Part shown: positions 18,986-29,716 of the stretch, piece after piece
How the letters are laid out: each line of letters starts with the position of its first letter
Position numbering within the stretch: the first letter of the stretch is position 1
Position numbers and translations under genes: made by a program
Notes under the pieces: generated by a model
What the model was told of the DNA's origin: nothing
The model's input: the letters and a program-made list of their open reading frames with translations, nothing else
The model's database searches: none
From: an uncultured virus (IMG/VR IMGVR_UViG_3300049825_000444)
Taxonomy: Duplodnaviria; Heunggongvirae; Uroviricota; Caudoviricetes
IMG/VR virus record: IMGVR_UViG_3300049825_000444
Reading direction: 5' to 3' (one strand)
DNA: 64,000 bases

Positions 18986-19261
18986 ACCTAATTGTTTTAA
19001 ACCAAGAACCAAAGCAAATAATACACCAATAACCCACATAGCACCTTTAACAAAGCTAATATGTGTTTGAATGGGTTTTAGTTCAGCACTAAAATTTTGT
19101 TCATTTTGAATAACCATATCTTCTAAAGCGTTTGTTCTTTTAATATGCTCTTCTAGTGATACAGTATTACGTTCATGAAGTACTTCTAAACGAGATAGAA
19201 CCACCTTAATGTCGGTTACATCTTCAGCAACTTTTTCAATTTTTTCTTCAACTTTACTCAT
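18977..19261 (-). CDS. Coiled coil plus C-terminal TM protein (XhlA/holin-like)
   Basis: Heptads followed by a terminal hydrophobic helix. Confidence 0.5.
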   Translation of the reverse strand: MSKVEEKIEKVAEDVTDIKVVLSRLEVLHERNTVSLEEHIKRTNALEDMVIQNEQNFSAELKPIQTHISFVKGAMWVIGVLFALVLGLKQLGLF

Positions 19262-20957
19262 TACCGTTTACCTCATGGAACATTTTTCTGAATTCGGGTT
19301 GTTGCATTAAACTAAAAATAATAGCATTTTTTGACTGTGGAGTTTTACCTTGCATATCATCAATAACTTTAGCAAAGTTTTCACCAGTTTTACCACCAAT
19401 TTCTCGCATTTTACTACTAAATTGTTTTAATGTTTCTGGAGTTGCTTCTGATATTTTTTTGATACCATTTTGTAATAAATCATTGCCAGATTTAGTAGCT
19501 TGCCCAGCTGACTCACCAGCTTTAATAAAAATTTTATCTATTCCACCAAGAGCTTTATCAATTAAACCACTACCTTTAATTTTTTCATTAGCAGTTTTGG
19601 ATAAATTAAATAACTTAGATTTCTCTTGTAAATCCTGTTCAAATTTATTAGCAAATGTGGGATTTAATTCTTTTAAAGATCTAGTCTTACCGCCAAAATC
19701 ATTAGGTAAACCTTCATTTAAAAGTTTATCAATATCTAATTGAGTACCAGTTACATCTTCGGTATATTTACCAAATTTCTTAGCATTTTTATTTAAAAAC
19801 TGGGGGATATCTTCTGGTAACATTTTATCTAAATTAGATTGTCCCAAAAGACTTTCAGACAAAGATAAATTTTCTGATATATCTTTGTTTAAAGGTGCAA
19901 TTTCAGGAATAGAAAGATCTTGTGTTCCTCTTAATTTAGTTTTTAAATTTTTAAGAATACGATATGCTGGACCTTGGAAGTCAGGATTAATCTCAACAAC
20001 TTCTCTTAACATTTTTTCTAATTCTAAAGGAGATTTTGTGCTGCCTGATTTAAAATACTCCGCAGCAATTCTATTTAAACGAGTTTGGTCTTCTGTACTT
20101 AAAGACTTACTGGAACCAACTTCATCTGCAAATTGTTGTAAAGAATCTTGAATATCAACAGTTTTACCAGCTTTTTCGGCTTCTTCTAATAAAGCTCTTT
20201 TATTCGTAGCTTTACCTAAACCGTATTTTGTAGTGGCATCTCTAGCATCTTTAGATAAATTTTCTAAACCTTCTTGTGCCGCTTTTAATGCTGGTTCACC
20301 TGAAATTTGTTTTCCAGCCTTAGCCAACTTAAAACTATCTAATAAATTTTGAGCCATATCAGTTTTTGATAATGCTTTAAGACTTTTACCAGCAAGTTTA
20401 CCTGTACCTAAAGTTGCAGCGGCAATCGCTGAATCTATAGCAACATCTTTACCTAGCTGACCAACCTCACCTTTTGTTACATCAGCATCACTCAATCCTA
20501 CTGCACCAGATAAAACCGAAGGAACTAAACCGACACCAGATCCAGTTAATAGTGCCGATGGTAACCCACCAGCTAAATAACTACCAGGATTTTGTTCTTG
20601 GGCTTGTTCTGATTTTTGTCGTTCTTGGTCTCTAAATTGACGATATTGATCTAGAATAGACTGAGGACCTAAGTCACCTGTCATACCTTGACTTGCTAGT
20701 TCTTGATTCACTTGAACGGGGGATGGGGATGCCAACCCAACTTTATTTAAACCTTGTTGACCAAGATCCAAACCTGAACCTAAAAGTCCAGCTAATTCAT
20801 CTGAAAATCCAAATGAGCCTAATTGCTTTGCACCTTCTAATGCAGATTCAGCTTTAGAAATAGGTTGAACAACTTGATCTTGAACTTCTGGTTCAAAGCC
20901 AATTTGATCGTCTGATATAGGTTCAAATCCTAATTCTTTATCTAAATCTTGTGCCAT
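19254..20957 (-). CDS. Putative internal virion / DNA ejection protein
   Basis: SFGFSDELAG and EQNPGSYLAG motifs typical of podophage ejection proteins; gene position. Confidence 0.65.
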   Translation of the reverse strand: MAQDLDKELGFEPISDDQIGFEPEVQDQVVQPISKAESALEGAKQLGSFGFSDELAGLLGSGLDLGQQGLNKVGLASPSPVQVNQELASQGMTGDLGPQSILDQYRQFRDQERQKSEQAQEQNPGSYLAGGLPSALLTGSGVGLVPSVLSGAVGLSDADVTKGEVGQLGKDVAIDSAIAAATLGTGKLAGKSLKALSKTDMAQNLLDSFKLAKAGKQISGEPALKAAQEGLENLSKDARDATTKYGLGKATNKRALLEEAEKAGKTVDIQDSLQQFADEVGSSKSLSTEDQTRLNRIAAEYFKSGSTKSPLELEKMLREVVEINPDFQGPAYRILKNLKTKLRGTQDLSIPEIAPLNKDISENLSLSESLLGQSNLDKMLPEDIPQFLNKNAKKFGKYTEDVTGTQLDIDKLLNEGLPNDFGGKTRSLKELNPTFANKFEQDLQEKSKLFNLSKTANEKIKGSGLIDKALGGIDKIFIKAGESAGQATKSGNDLLQNGIKKISEATPETLKQFSSKMREIGGKTGENFAKVIDDMQGKTPQSKNAIIFSLMQQPEFRKMFHEVNGNE

Positions 20958-20958
20958 A

Positions 20959-22401
20959 TTACTTCACTTCTTCGTATTGTCCAGATTTTAAAGCTTTTTC
21001 TAAATTTTCTTTTGGAATATTACCAACTTGTCCCGTTTTAGTATTTCTAACTTTAACTTTATTAGCCATTGGTAACATTGATTCTGTTAATAATAGTCTG
21101 TCAGCATCGGAATCATTTAAAGCTAAACCTTTTTCAGGAATAGCAATTTCTGTTTTAATTCTGTCTCTGAAAATTTGAGATCTATTTTTAAGATCTTTAT
21201 TAGCAGCTTTTACCATTAAACCTGAAAAATCTTTAAAAAATTGAACATCAGCTTTAGACATAGAACCAGCTTGTAGATTTAAGAAACGCTTAAAGGCATT
21301 GTCTAAACCACCAGCTCCTGCAAATTTAACCAAATCTTGATCAGTAAGAACACCTTTTTGTCCAGCTAATTTAGCAGCTTGAGTTTGAATACCGCCAAGT
21401 AATCCAGAATCAATATCTTTAGCTTCTTTAATTGGTGTTAATTTTGAAGATAAATTTGTTGCAGCAGTTGCAGCATCTCTTAATTCACCAACATCTTTAA
21501 GAAAATCTTTACGAATACCGATTAAATCTTCAGCTTTTTTTGGTGCAACAGCTTGAATATCAGAAAGCTCAATTTGTTTCTTTTCTTCTTTTTTAGTTTC
21601 AGGATTTACTTTTGTTGTTTCAACTTGTTTCTGTGGATTATTAATTGTTCCAAAGGAGTTTACATCAGAACGAGAAGTTGGTATTAATGCTCCAGTAACT
21701 GGATCTTTTTGATAACCAATCGCATATCCTGCTAATTTTTCAGTACCAGGAACAACTTGTCCAGTAGTGTTATCAAATGCTCCCATATAAACTTTACCAT
21801 CAGTACCTTGAAATCTATCAAAATGAACACCTTTAGATTTTTGACCCATTAAGTCTTTTAACCCAGGTAAAGTTTTAATTTGACTAGCTGACATATTCTC
21901 CAAATCATATTCTTTATCTGGATTAATTTTTTTAAGAACATGATATGCTTGTTCTCTTACAAATTTAGAAATATCGGACTTTGGATCTGCCATCTTAATA
22001 TTTTCATCATACTTAAGACCGGACTCTTGTGTACTATATAGATTTTTAGTTAAATCCATAGTATTTTCAATATCCTTAAGTGGTTGTTTTGCTTGTTCTT
22101 TTAAAGCATTAATTCCTGCTTCACCTGACCCAATATCAGCACCATATCCCCTTGCAAAACCTTGAGCAACTTGATTTGCACCTTGAAGTAAGGTTAGATT
22201 TTGAAGATTATCACCATAATCTTTTTGAACTTTAGGAATATTTTTATAAGCTTCTAGTATTTTTTCTTGTGGTGAAAGTTCTTTTTGTTGCGGCATTAGT
22301 TGAGAAAGAGATTCAATTTCATTTTGTAAATCAAATGAATTTTCTAAATCTTGTGCATTTTGCATTTCTTCATCAATATATTTATTATCCACAATACTCA
22401 C
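20959..22401 (-). CDS. Putative internal virion / DNA ejection protein
   Basis: Helical K/Q-rich protein within the ejection cluster. Confidence 0.55.
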   Translation of the reverse strand: MSIVDNKYIDEEMQNAQDLENSFDLQNEIESLSQLMPQQKELSPQEKILEAYKNIPKVQKDYGDNLQNLTLLQGANQVAQGFARGYGADIGSGEAGINALKEQAKQPLKDIENTMDLTKNLYSTQESGLKYDENIKMADPKSDISKFVREQAYHVLKKINPDKEYDLENMSASQIKTLPGLKDLMGQKSKGVHFDRFQGTDGKVYMGAFDNTTGQVVPGTEKLAGYAIGYQKDPVTGALIPTSRSDVNSFGTINNPQKQVETTKVNPETKKEEKKQIELSDIQAVAPKKAEDLIGIRKDFLKDVGELRDAATAATNLSSKLTPIKEAKDIDSGLLGGIQTQAAKLAGQKGVLTDQDLVKFAGAGGLDNAFKRFLNLQAGSMSKADVQFFKDFSGLMVKAANKDLKNRSQIFRDRIKTEIAIPEKGLALNDSDADRLLLTESMLPMANKVKVRNTKTGQVGNIPKENLEKALKSGQYEEVK

Positions 22402-22404
22402 CTA

Positions 22405-23358
22405 TTATTTTTTTTGAGCAAAAGCACTAAGTCCTGTGCCAATACCTTGTCCTATTGTACCATACATAGCAGCAGTTTGTCCAGCTTGTTGATCGTTAGA
22501 AGTAGCTTGTTGTCCATATTGACCAGCTTTAGCTCCGGCCATTTGTAATTGATTTTGATACTGTTGTTGTGCTAAATTTTTATTATGAGTTTGTTGCTGA
22601 TTTCTAACATCAATGTTTGCTTTAGAAATGGCTTGAGCATTTTGCAAATTAGCTGCTTGTGCTTGATTTCTAGAACCCACATTACTACCTTCAATATTTT
22701 GAGCATTCTGAGCATTAAATCTAGAAATAGCATCCCTAGCCTCAGCTAGTCTTGCTTGTTCACTGTAATCTTGTGTTCTTAAATTTCCTGCCATATTAGA
22801 TTGTTGAGATAAAGCTTGCATACGAGCATTTTGAATAGCTTTAGCTTCTTCCATTTGTTGTTGAGCCAGTCTATCAGCTGAATTTTGATTAGAATTTAAT
22901 TTTGCAATAAGTTCGGCACCAGATCCACCTTGACCTCTAGCTTGCATATCCTGAAGAATCTGTCCTTGTTTAGCTTGAGCTTCACCAGCAACATTTCTAC
23001 GAGCAAGTTCAAATCCAGCCATATCAGCGGGACTTAAGTTACCAGAAGCAAATCCAGCGACACTCTCAAGAGCTTTCATTTGCTCAGATCTAAGTCTAGG
23101 ATCAACATTTACATTTTCATAAGAACTTGGTCCAAGATCAATTAATTGTTGCATTTCTGGAGTTAATTGTCCAGTACTTTGATATTCTTCTAAAAGTAAT
23201 TTTTGTTTTTCAACATCAGGAAGTTCAATACCAGAAAATTGAGCTAAAGCTGCATCTCTAGCTTTTTGTGCTGCATTACGAGAATCCTTAGCTTGTTCAT
23301 TTCCAATTATTCCACCAATAACTGGTGCTGCGACTGAGGCAATAGCTGCTGCTGGCAT
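22405..23358 (-). CDS. Putative DNA ejection / pilot protein
   Basis: Ala/Gly-rich hydrophobic ends with a Q/A-rich core. Confidence 0.65.
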   Translation of the reverse strand: MPAAAIASVAAPVIGGIIGNEQAKDSRNAAQKARDAALAQFSGIELPDVEKQKLLLEEYQSTGQLTPEMQQLIDLGPSSYENVNVDPRLRSEQMKALESVAGFASGNLSPADMAGFELARRNVAGEAQAKQGQILQDMQARGQGGSGAELIAKLNSNQNSADRLAQQQMEEAKAIQNARMQALSQQSNMAGNLRTQDYSEQARLAEARDAISRFNAQNAQNIEGSNVGSRNQAQAANLQNAQAISKANIDVRNQQQTHNKNLAQQQYQNQLQMAGAKAGQYGQQATSNDQQAGQTAAMYGTIGQGIGTGLSAFAQKK

Positions 23359-23747
23359 TATAATACTCCATTATATATTGTATGAGGTTTACCTTGAGCA
23401 AATCCTCTACGGCTTAACATTTTACCAATAGTTCTAGAATTAGAAAAATTTAAAATATATGTTTTGTTTAATTTTTTAGCTAAAATTAATAAACTATCTA
23501 AAGCTAATTCAATACCTTTATGTTTCTCTTTACCCGAACATTCAGGATTAGATGTTGTCCATGCAATTTGACAAATATCAGTATTATCCATTGTATATAA
23601 AAAAGAAGCACATACTGGAATATTTTCTGTATTTAAAACTAAAACACCGTAAGGTAAATTAGAATATGTCAATACTGGATGATTGTGTTTTTTCCACCAA
23701 TCACAAAGCATTTCATAATTTTGTTTTTCAAAATACTTAATTTCCAT
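23358..23747 (-). CDS. GNAT-like protein in the ejection cluster
   Basis: Size and C-terminal L.RRGF pattern; position like T7 gp13-type genes. Confidence 0.45.
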   Translation of the reverse strand: MEIKYFEKQNYEMLCDWWKKHNHPVLTYSNLPYGVLVLNTENIPVCASFLYTMDNTDICQIAWTTSNPECSGKEKHKGIELALDSLLILAKKLNKTYILNFSNSRTIGKMLSRRGFAQGKPHTIYNGVL

Positions 23748-25441
23748 TAAATTAATTTTTTAGGAGTATAAACTCCACCTTCTCTATAATCCGATAAGTT
23801 CTGAGAACCTTGGGTTCCACCAGTGTCACCTAAAACATCAAAATAACCTTGATTTGCTAAATATTGTAAAGCATTTTTTCTAGTTTCATCAACTGCAGCA
23901 GTTCTCATCATATCCCTAACATTTTGATTTCCAAATTGTCTACCGGAAAAATTATACGTTCCAGTATCATAGTAACCAACATTACTTTTTGCACCTGGAG
24001 CAGTCATTCTATCGTTATTTGCTCCAGTGGAAAATCCACCACCAGCCATAGTAGCAGGTTTTACGTTACGACTAGAATTGATAAAATCCTGAACGTCACC
24101 AGAACCATTGGCTGAATTATTTAAAAAATCTAAAGCGTTAATTCCTGTTTCGTACTCTTTACCTTCATCTCTAACGTAACCTTTAATTTGCTGTCCAGCA
24201 GCATTACTCAATAGTGATTGTTTAGCTTGTTCAATTCTAGATTGTAAAGCTTCATCACCTGTTTTAGCCTTAGCAGCAGCAGCAAGAGTTGAAGCTTGTG
24301 TTAATTTATCATTACCAATACCAGCTAATTTAGCTAGTGCTCCATACTGATTAACATCTTCTTGGTTAGCAACATCTCTATAGTTTTGAGCTTGAGCATC
24401 ATTAACATCAACTACATCTCTATAAGTATTTAAATTTTTAGGAACATTAAATAGTTGTTGATTTTGCATTAAACCAAATTCTTTACTTAAATTTGGATCT
24501 AAAGCTTCACCTTTAACTTTACCAGCAAGTTGATTAATGTATTTTTCATAAGCAGCTCTTTGTGCATTACGTTGATCATTTACTGAACCAACTTGACCTT
24601 CTAATCCAGTAATGTAACCAGTTTCCATTTGTCCAGTTTTTTGTTGTAAACCTTGACTTAAATCACCAGCTTGTTTAATTGTATTTTGTAAACCAGATTG
24701 TGTATCGTTTTGTAACGCATTTAAATTTTGATTAACTACACTACCTTGAGATTTTAATTGATTTTGTAATTGACCAATATTATTAGATCCACCAGATTGT
24801 AAAAATAGTTGATCTAATCTTTGTTGTCCTGTAGAATAATTAGGACGAGCAGCACCTTTACCACCAAAAGTTTCTTTTAGTAAGTTAAATCTACCTTGTT
24901 CGTTACCTAATTGATTCTGTCTATTCTGTAAAGCATCTTGTGTATTTTGTGTGGCACTTAAAGCTTGATTGTATTGATTTTGTAAACCAGATTGATCAAT
25001 AGCTTGATTTGTTCTGAATTTAGAAAAATCTTGCAATTTGTTATCATCGGCAACAAACTGTTGAGCATTAAAATCTTTATTATCTAATTGTTGTTGATAA
25101 CCTTGTCCTCTAGACAAATTTTGATTAGCAGAATCAATTCCCGCTCTAATATTTGAAGCTTGTGTGTTAGCTTCTTTAGTATTTTTTTCAGTTTCTTTAT
25201 TAATATTACTACCAATACCAGAAGAAAGTCTTTCTCCAGCACCTTGATTTGCACCAAGATATTTTTGAAGATTAGTATAACGACCAGAACCTTTTTGTTG
25301 AGGTTGGCTTCCAGATGAAAAAGCAGCAGTTCTACCAGTGTTAACTGGCGACACTCCACCTGATCCACCTAAATTAACAGGCTGAGATTGATCCTGTTGA
25401 TTTTGGTTATTATTTTGATTATTATCACCATTAATAGGCAT
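23747..25441 (-). CDS. Q/N-rich putative internal virion protein
   Basis: Low-complexity Q/N/G composition; GGAG SD and late motif upstream. Confidence 0.55.
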   Translation of the reverse strand: MPINGDNNQNNNQNQQDQSQPVNLGGSGGVSPVNTGRTAAFSSGSQPQQKGSGRYTNLQKYLGANQGAGERLSSGIGSNINKETEKNTKEANTQASNIRAGIDSANQNLSRGQGYQQQLDNKDFNAQQFVADDNKLQDFSKFRTNQAIDQSGLQNQYNQALSATQNTQDALQNRQNQLGNEQGRFNLLKETFGGKGAARPNYSTGQQRLDQLFLQSGGSNNIGQLQNQLKSQGSVVNQNLNALQNDTQSGLQNTIKQAGDLSQGLQQKTGQMETGYITGLEGQVGSVNDQRNAQRAAYEKYINQLAGKVKGEALDPNLSKEFGLMQNQQLFNVPKNLNTYRDVVDVNDAQAQNYRDVANQEDVNQYGALAKLAGIGNDKLTQASTLAAAAKAKTGDEALQSRIEQAKQSLLSNAAGQQIKGYVRDEGKEYETGINALDFLNNSANGSGDVQDFINSSRNVKPATMAGGGFSTGANNDRMTAPGAKSNVGYYDTGTYNFSGRQFGNQNVRDMMRTAAVDETRKNALQYLANQGYFDVLGDTGGTQGSQNLSDYREGGVYTPKKLI

Positions 25442-25450
25442 GTAACTCCA

Positions 25451-25465
25451 TAATATTACTTGTTA
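25451..25465 (-). promoter_or_regulatory. Putative phage late promoter motif
   Basis: TAACAAGTAATATTA just upstream of the SD. Confidence 0.65.
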
Positions 25466-25473
25466 ATACAGGT

Positions 25474-25884
25474 TTATACAACTAGCTCTAGAGTTAGTCT
25501 ATATTCACTGTTATTTTGTAGCCCAGATACATATAAAATGCTTAAAATTGAACCATTGATACCAAACCCTACAAATGGGCTACTCGTCGGAAAAATAGCT
25601 GAATTCTGGGTATTTAAAGCATTTAATACGTTTATACCCCTTACTTTACCTATGACTGTTGTCTTAATTTGAGGGGGGTTAATTAAGGTTCCAGTATTAC
25701 TAGTTTGTATAGTAATATCAACTATTTGACGATTTAAATTGGTAATATCCAAACCACCATTTACAGCTTGGGTAATATTATCAATAAAAGGATTATAGAC
25801 TTCTGCTATTTTAGAAATTAAGTCTTTTTCTTCAGACTTAAAATCTTCTATACGAATTTTTGCAGGAATCTGTATTCTAGCCAT
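25474..25884 (-). CDS. Putative tail structural protein
   Basis: Follows the nozzle gene; beta-rich C-terminus. Confidence 0.55.
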   Translation of the reverse strand: MARIQIPAKIRIEDFKSEEKDLISKIAEVYNPFIDNITQAVNGGLDITNLNRQIVDITIQTSNTGTLINPPQIKTTVIGKVRGINVLNALNTQNSAIFPTSSPFVGFGINGSILSILYVSGLQNNSEYRLTLELVV

Positions 25885-25887
25885 TAT

Positions 25888-26256
25888 TTACTTCTTTTTA
25901 TATATAATTTTATTAGGTAAACCATCGGCCATTATAACTTTACCAACATTTGGTGTAGTATCTTTAACAAATAACTTACCAAATCTACTGGCTGGAGCTT
26001 GTACTAAGCCTTCAGCAGCAACGGCCTTACCTACCGTACCCATAGTTCCGGAACCCATTAATTCTGGTAAATTTTGATGGTAGTTTTTTTCATCAGCTTT
26101 AGTCAGTTTCCAATCAGTAGGCATACCACCAAGATCAACTAAATAATTTCTTAAGTTATTTTGTGCATACTCAGTTTTATCAGATTCACTAATTGGAGAA
26201 CCTAATTCACCGTAAGCATTAAATCCTGATTGAAGTTTTTTTAATAATTCTTCCAT
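25888..26256 (-). CDS. Hypothetical late protein
   Basis: Tightly packed ORF. Confidence 0.55.
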   Translation of the reverse strand: MEELLKKLQSGFNAYGELGSPISESDKTEYAQNNLRNYLVDLGGMPTDWKLTKADEKNYHQNLPELMGSGTMGTVGKAVAAEGLVQAPASRFGKLFVKDTTPNVGKVIMADGLPNKIIYKKK

Positions 26257-26257
26257 A

Positions 26258-29200
26258 TTATTTATATGCTCTAGTCGAAAATGGTCTATATTTTAAAGTA
26301 ATCCCATACAAGCTATATTTTTCAAAAGCAACTTTATGTTCAACTTTAACATTAATAAATCTACATCTTTGTTTATTTCTAGGTATGAATGTTCTTAGTG
26401 GAATAGGTGCAGCTACTCCACCCCAGTTCACTGATCCATAAGAGAATTGTCCCCAATCTCCAATACCAGCACCTTGAAATGAAATTGATTCAAATGAAGG
26501 ACTTAAATCGCTTGAATAAGATAAAAGCATAGTACTAAAGTTGTCATTTTCAAAAATAGCAGTAGATTCACTTACTTGTTTTAAAATAGAAGGATCTTGG
26601 AAATACTGTGGATTGTAAATTATTTTAGAAGAAATTGCTTTATATAAAGTTATATCATTTGCTATAAAATCTTGTGAATATTTAACATTGACAGAAACTT
26701 CATTTTTATTTATAGATAAAACAACATCTTCAAAATCTGAATAATTTTCAGATAGAGGATAGTTAGTAAAGAAAGCTCCACTATCATTATTAAGTTTATT
26801 AACAATAATATTGTAACATCCTTGCATGTCTCTTAAATCTGAAACATCAGTTTGAACAGTTCCAGTATTTCCAGCTGTAGTTATTTTTTTATCAATAGTG
26901 ATAGTTGTTGCGCTAATTGCAACTACTTTATAGGGACCAGTTAAAGTTGGAACACTGTTAGTTCCACTAAAAACAACATATCTACCTACTAAAATATTAT
27001 GAGAACCAATTGTAATTACAGATTGATTTGCTGCTGTAATATTAGTAACTGAATATGAATAATTATTAATTGATGCTTCAAAATTATTATCAGAAATTCC
27101 AGCATCTAAATCCATTTTTTGAGCTAAAGAAACTAACTTAGCTCGCATCTCTTGTCCAGATAAAAACTTTAAAGTAGATAAATAATCTGTATCTGTAACA
27201 CCTAAATCTCTGTCTAATTTATCTAAGATACGATTATATTGACTTCCTGTTAAATATTGTCGTTGAAGTAAAACATCACCAACTTGAACATGGTCTAAGG
27301 TATTTAATTTAATTTTTGTAGCATTAATACCACCAATCAATACAGTTAAATCATATTGTCTATCTGCATGATCCACTCTAGTTAAAGACTTACGTTCTTT
27401 TTCAATGATATTTAAATCTCCTGCACCAAGATATAATTTATCATCAGCAAAATTCACAATACCACAAGTTTTAGAAATATTCCATCTAGTCCAAGTTGAA
27501 GTGAATGTATTATACCTATAACATTGTGTTGCAACTACATCTGTTGTATTAGTTGGTAAAAACAATAGAAAACTTCTATCAGTTTCATAGCTAACACTAA
27601 AAGATAAAGATTTATAATTAAATCCTTCTCTAGTTACTGATAATAGTAAATTTTCAATGGGACGAGAGATAACCTGTACTCCAGATGTAGTAATTAATAC
27701 AACACCTTGAACGCTTAAAGCATAGATTTGATTATTTAAAACAACTGCTGTGTCTGGAGCTAATACTTGTGATGAAAAATCAAAAGCATTAACAACAAAA
27801 GGAGCAGATTCTCCGGTAAGTTGATAAATACCATCTTCTTTCAGGATAAATAAACTTTCTCTTAATGCTATAATTCTTTTAATTTCTCTATCTTTAGGGC
27901 CAACATCAATATAATTAACCAATGGAACAGCTTCAGGTTGTTGATATTTTGAAAAATAAACCCTATTAGGTCTAACTTCATTAGTTGAAATAGCTGAGTT
28001 TCCAGAACTAGGTAAGGTCGGTGTAAATTGCGAACCAGCATTTGATGTTAAATAAAACGCCGGACCAGTAGTTACTTTATTTTCTAAAAGAATTTGACCA
28101 GGAATATCATTAAATCCTGATAAACCAAAAGCACTAACTATATTATCCTGTTTATTAATTACTCGAACAAAAGAAGCTGCAATTTGTTCTAATTGTTGAG
28201 AAGTTGTAGGTCCATTTTCTGCACCAGTTGGGACTCTAGGGAGAAATATTTTATTAGTATTAGCATCTTCACCAGTACCAAGACCATCTTTAACATTAGT
28301 AAATGCAACATTTGAAATTGTCTCAGTTGGGGTAACGGTTACATATCCATTGTTAGCACATGCAGCAGTCAAAACTAAGCTCGTTTTAGTTAAATTAAAA
28401 TCATCAGTATCTGTAGAAATTTGTGTTATAGTTTTATCTATAATATCACTAACAGTATCTGCTGGAGCTATCGTTACTTTAATATTAACATATCCAGATA
28501 ATGTTGGTTCTTCATCATTAACAGATTCGTAGTACCAAATTAGGTATTTACGTTCGTCATTAGCTGATGTTAATGTGAAATATTTAGCAGCTCCAGGACT
28601 AGCATTTACATAATCTGAATGTATAGTTCCTGTGTATGTAACTGTATAAGTTTCAATAGAACCTTGAAATAGATAAGTATTAGTTGTTACACCATTCTGG
28701 ATAACAATATTAGATGTGTTAGAGGTAAGTCCTGTTACAGATAAAAAGCTTAAATTAAATCTTTGGACAGTTTTAGTATTACCATAAAATGTATAACCTT
28801 TATAATTAGTTATATCTTTAGCAAATGGGGGTTTTTCGTTAGCTTGTGAAATACCTTCACCTGAAGTTGGATTAGTATATAACAATGTACCATTACGTCT
28901 GAAATCTTCAGGAGTAATATCGGTTACATCAACTTCACCAGCAACTAATTGGGGGGAAGTAACATTATCTTCAAAAACTAAATACATTTCATCACCTGGA
29001 TCTGGTGCTTCTGTTGTAGGCGTAGCTCCAGTGGTAATACCAGTACGATAAACTTGATAGAAATAGCTTGTTGATGTTACTTCGGAAGGAATTGCAAAAT
29101 TTAAATCCACAATACAAGAACTTGTTGTAACATTATATAAAACAGTTCTTGAGCTTGGAACACCTAAAATTAAATTTTCATTATTATCGGTTATTCCCCA

Positions 29201-29716
29201 GACAATTCTATATGCAACTTTAGAGTTAGCTTCTAAAAATCCTGCTGTAGAATAATCAGCAGTAGCACTAACGTCTAAAGCTTTAACTCCACCTGAATCT
29301 TCAATAGTAGAAACTGTAAAATCTGAACTAGAACCAGCTGAAATCTTTTTAATTCCACTAGCTGTGGTAAAATATAAATTACCATTAGCTTCAATTGATT
29401 TTATTCTAAGACCAGTGTCAACTTCAGTAACTGTTGGACCTGAAAAATTGGAAAAGAAACCTTCACCATCATCCCACTGTAAATTAGTCAGGACATGACG
29501 TAAAACTCTATCTTTATAATTAATTAATTGTTTAGTTCGATCTGTTCCAACACCAAATGAATTACCATATTGAGCATTACCTCGCCTTGGTTCAATAACT
29601 TCATTTCTGTCTACAACAACATTATCAGCGACGGAAAAAGAACCATCTGGAACTGCCCCAAGTGGATTTGAATGTGTAGCTAGACCTTTGGCTTTTAAAA
29701 CTGCTTCTTGAGCCAT
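26258..29716 (-). CDS. Tail nozzle / tail tubular protein B-like
   Basis: 1152 aa beta-rich; NRVYFSK..QPEAVP and LFILKEDGIY propeller-type motifs; follows the adaptor. Confidence 0.7.
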   Translation of the reverse strand: MAQEAVLKAKGLATHSNPLGAVPDGSFSVADNVVVDRNEVIEPRRGNAQYGNSFGVGTDRTKQLINYKDRVLRHVLTNLQWDDGEGFFSNFSGPTVTEVDTGLRIKSIEANGNLYFTTASGIKKISAGSSSDFTVSTIEDSGGVKALDVSATADYSTAGFLEANSKVAYRIVWGITDNNENLILGVPSSRTVLYNVTTSSCIVDLNFAIPSEVTSTSYFYQVYRTGITTGATPTTEAPDPGDEMYLVFEDNVTSPQLVAGEVDVTDITPEDFRRNGTLLYTNPTSGEGISQANEKPPFAKDITNYKGYTFYGNTKTVQRFNLSFLSVTGLTSNTSNIVIQNGVTTNTYLFQGSIETYTVTYTGTIHSDYVNASPGAAKYFTLTSANDERKYLIWYYESVNDEEPTLSGYVNIKVTIAPADTVSDIIDKTITQISTDTDDFNLTKTSLVLTAACANNGYVTVTPTETISNVAFTNVKDGLGTGEDANTNKIFLPRVPTGAENGPTTSQQLEQIAASFVRVINKQDNIVSAFGLSGFNDIPGQILLENKVTTGPAFYLTSNAGSQFTPTLPSSGNSAISTNEVRPNRVYFSKYQQPEAVPLVNYIDVGPKDREIKRIIALRESLFILKEDGIYQLTGESAPFVVNAFDFSSQVLAPDTAVVLNNQIYALSVQGVVLITTSGVQVISRPIENLLLSVTREGFNYKSLSFSVSYETDRSFLLFLPTNTTDVVATQCYRYNTFTSTWTRWNISKTCGIVNFADDKLYLGAGDLNIIEKERKSLTRVDHADRQYDLTVLIGGINATKIKLNTLDHVQVGDVLLQRQYLTGSQYNRILDKLDRDLGVTDTDYLSTLKFLSGQEMRAKLVSLAQKMDLDAGISDNNFEASINNYSYSVTNITAANQSVITIGSHNILVGRYVVFSGTNSVPTLTGPYKVVAISATTITIDKKITTAGNTGTVQTDVSDLRDMQGCYNIIVNKLNNDSGAFFTNYPLSENYSDFEDVVLSINKNEVSVNVKYSQDFIANDITLYKAISSKIIYNPQYFQDPSILKQVSESTAIFENDNFSTMLLSYSSDLSPSFESISFQGAGIGDWGQFSYGSVNWGGVAAPIPLRTFIPRNKQRCRFINVKVEHKVAFEKYSLYGITLKYRPFSTRAYK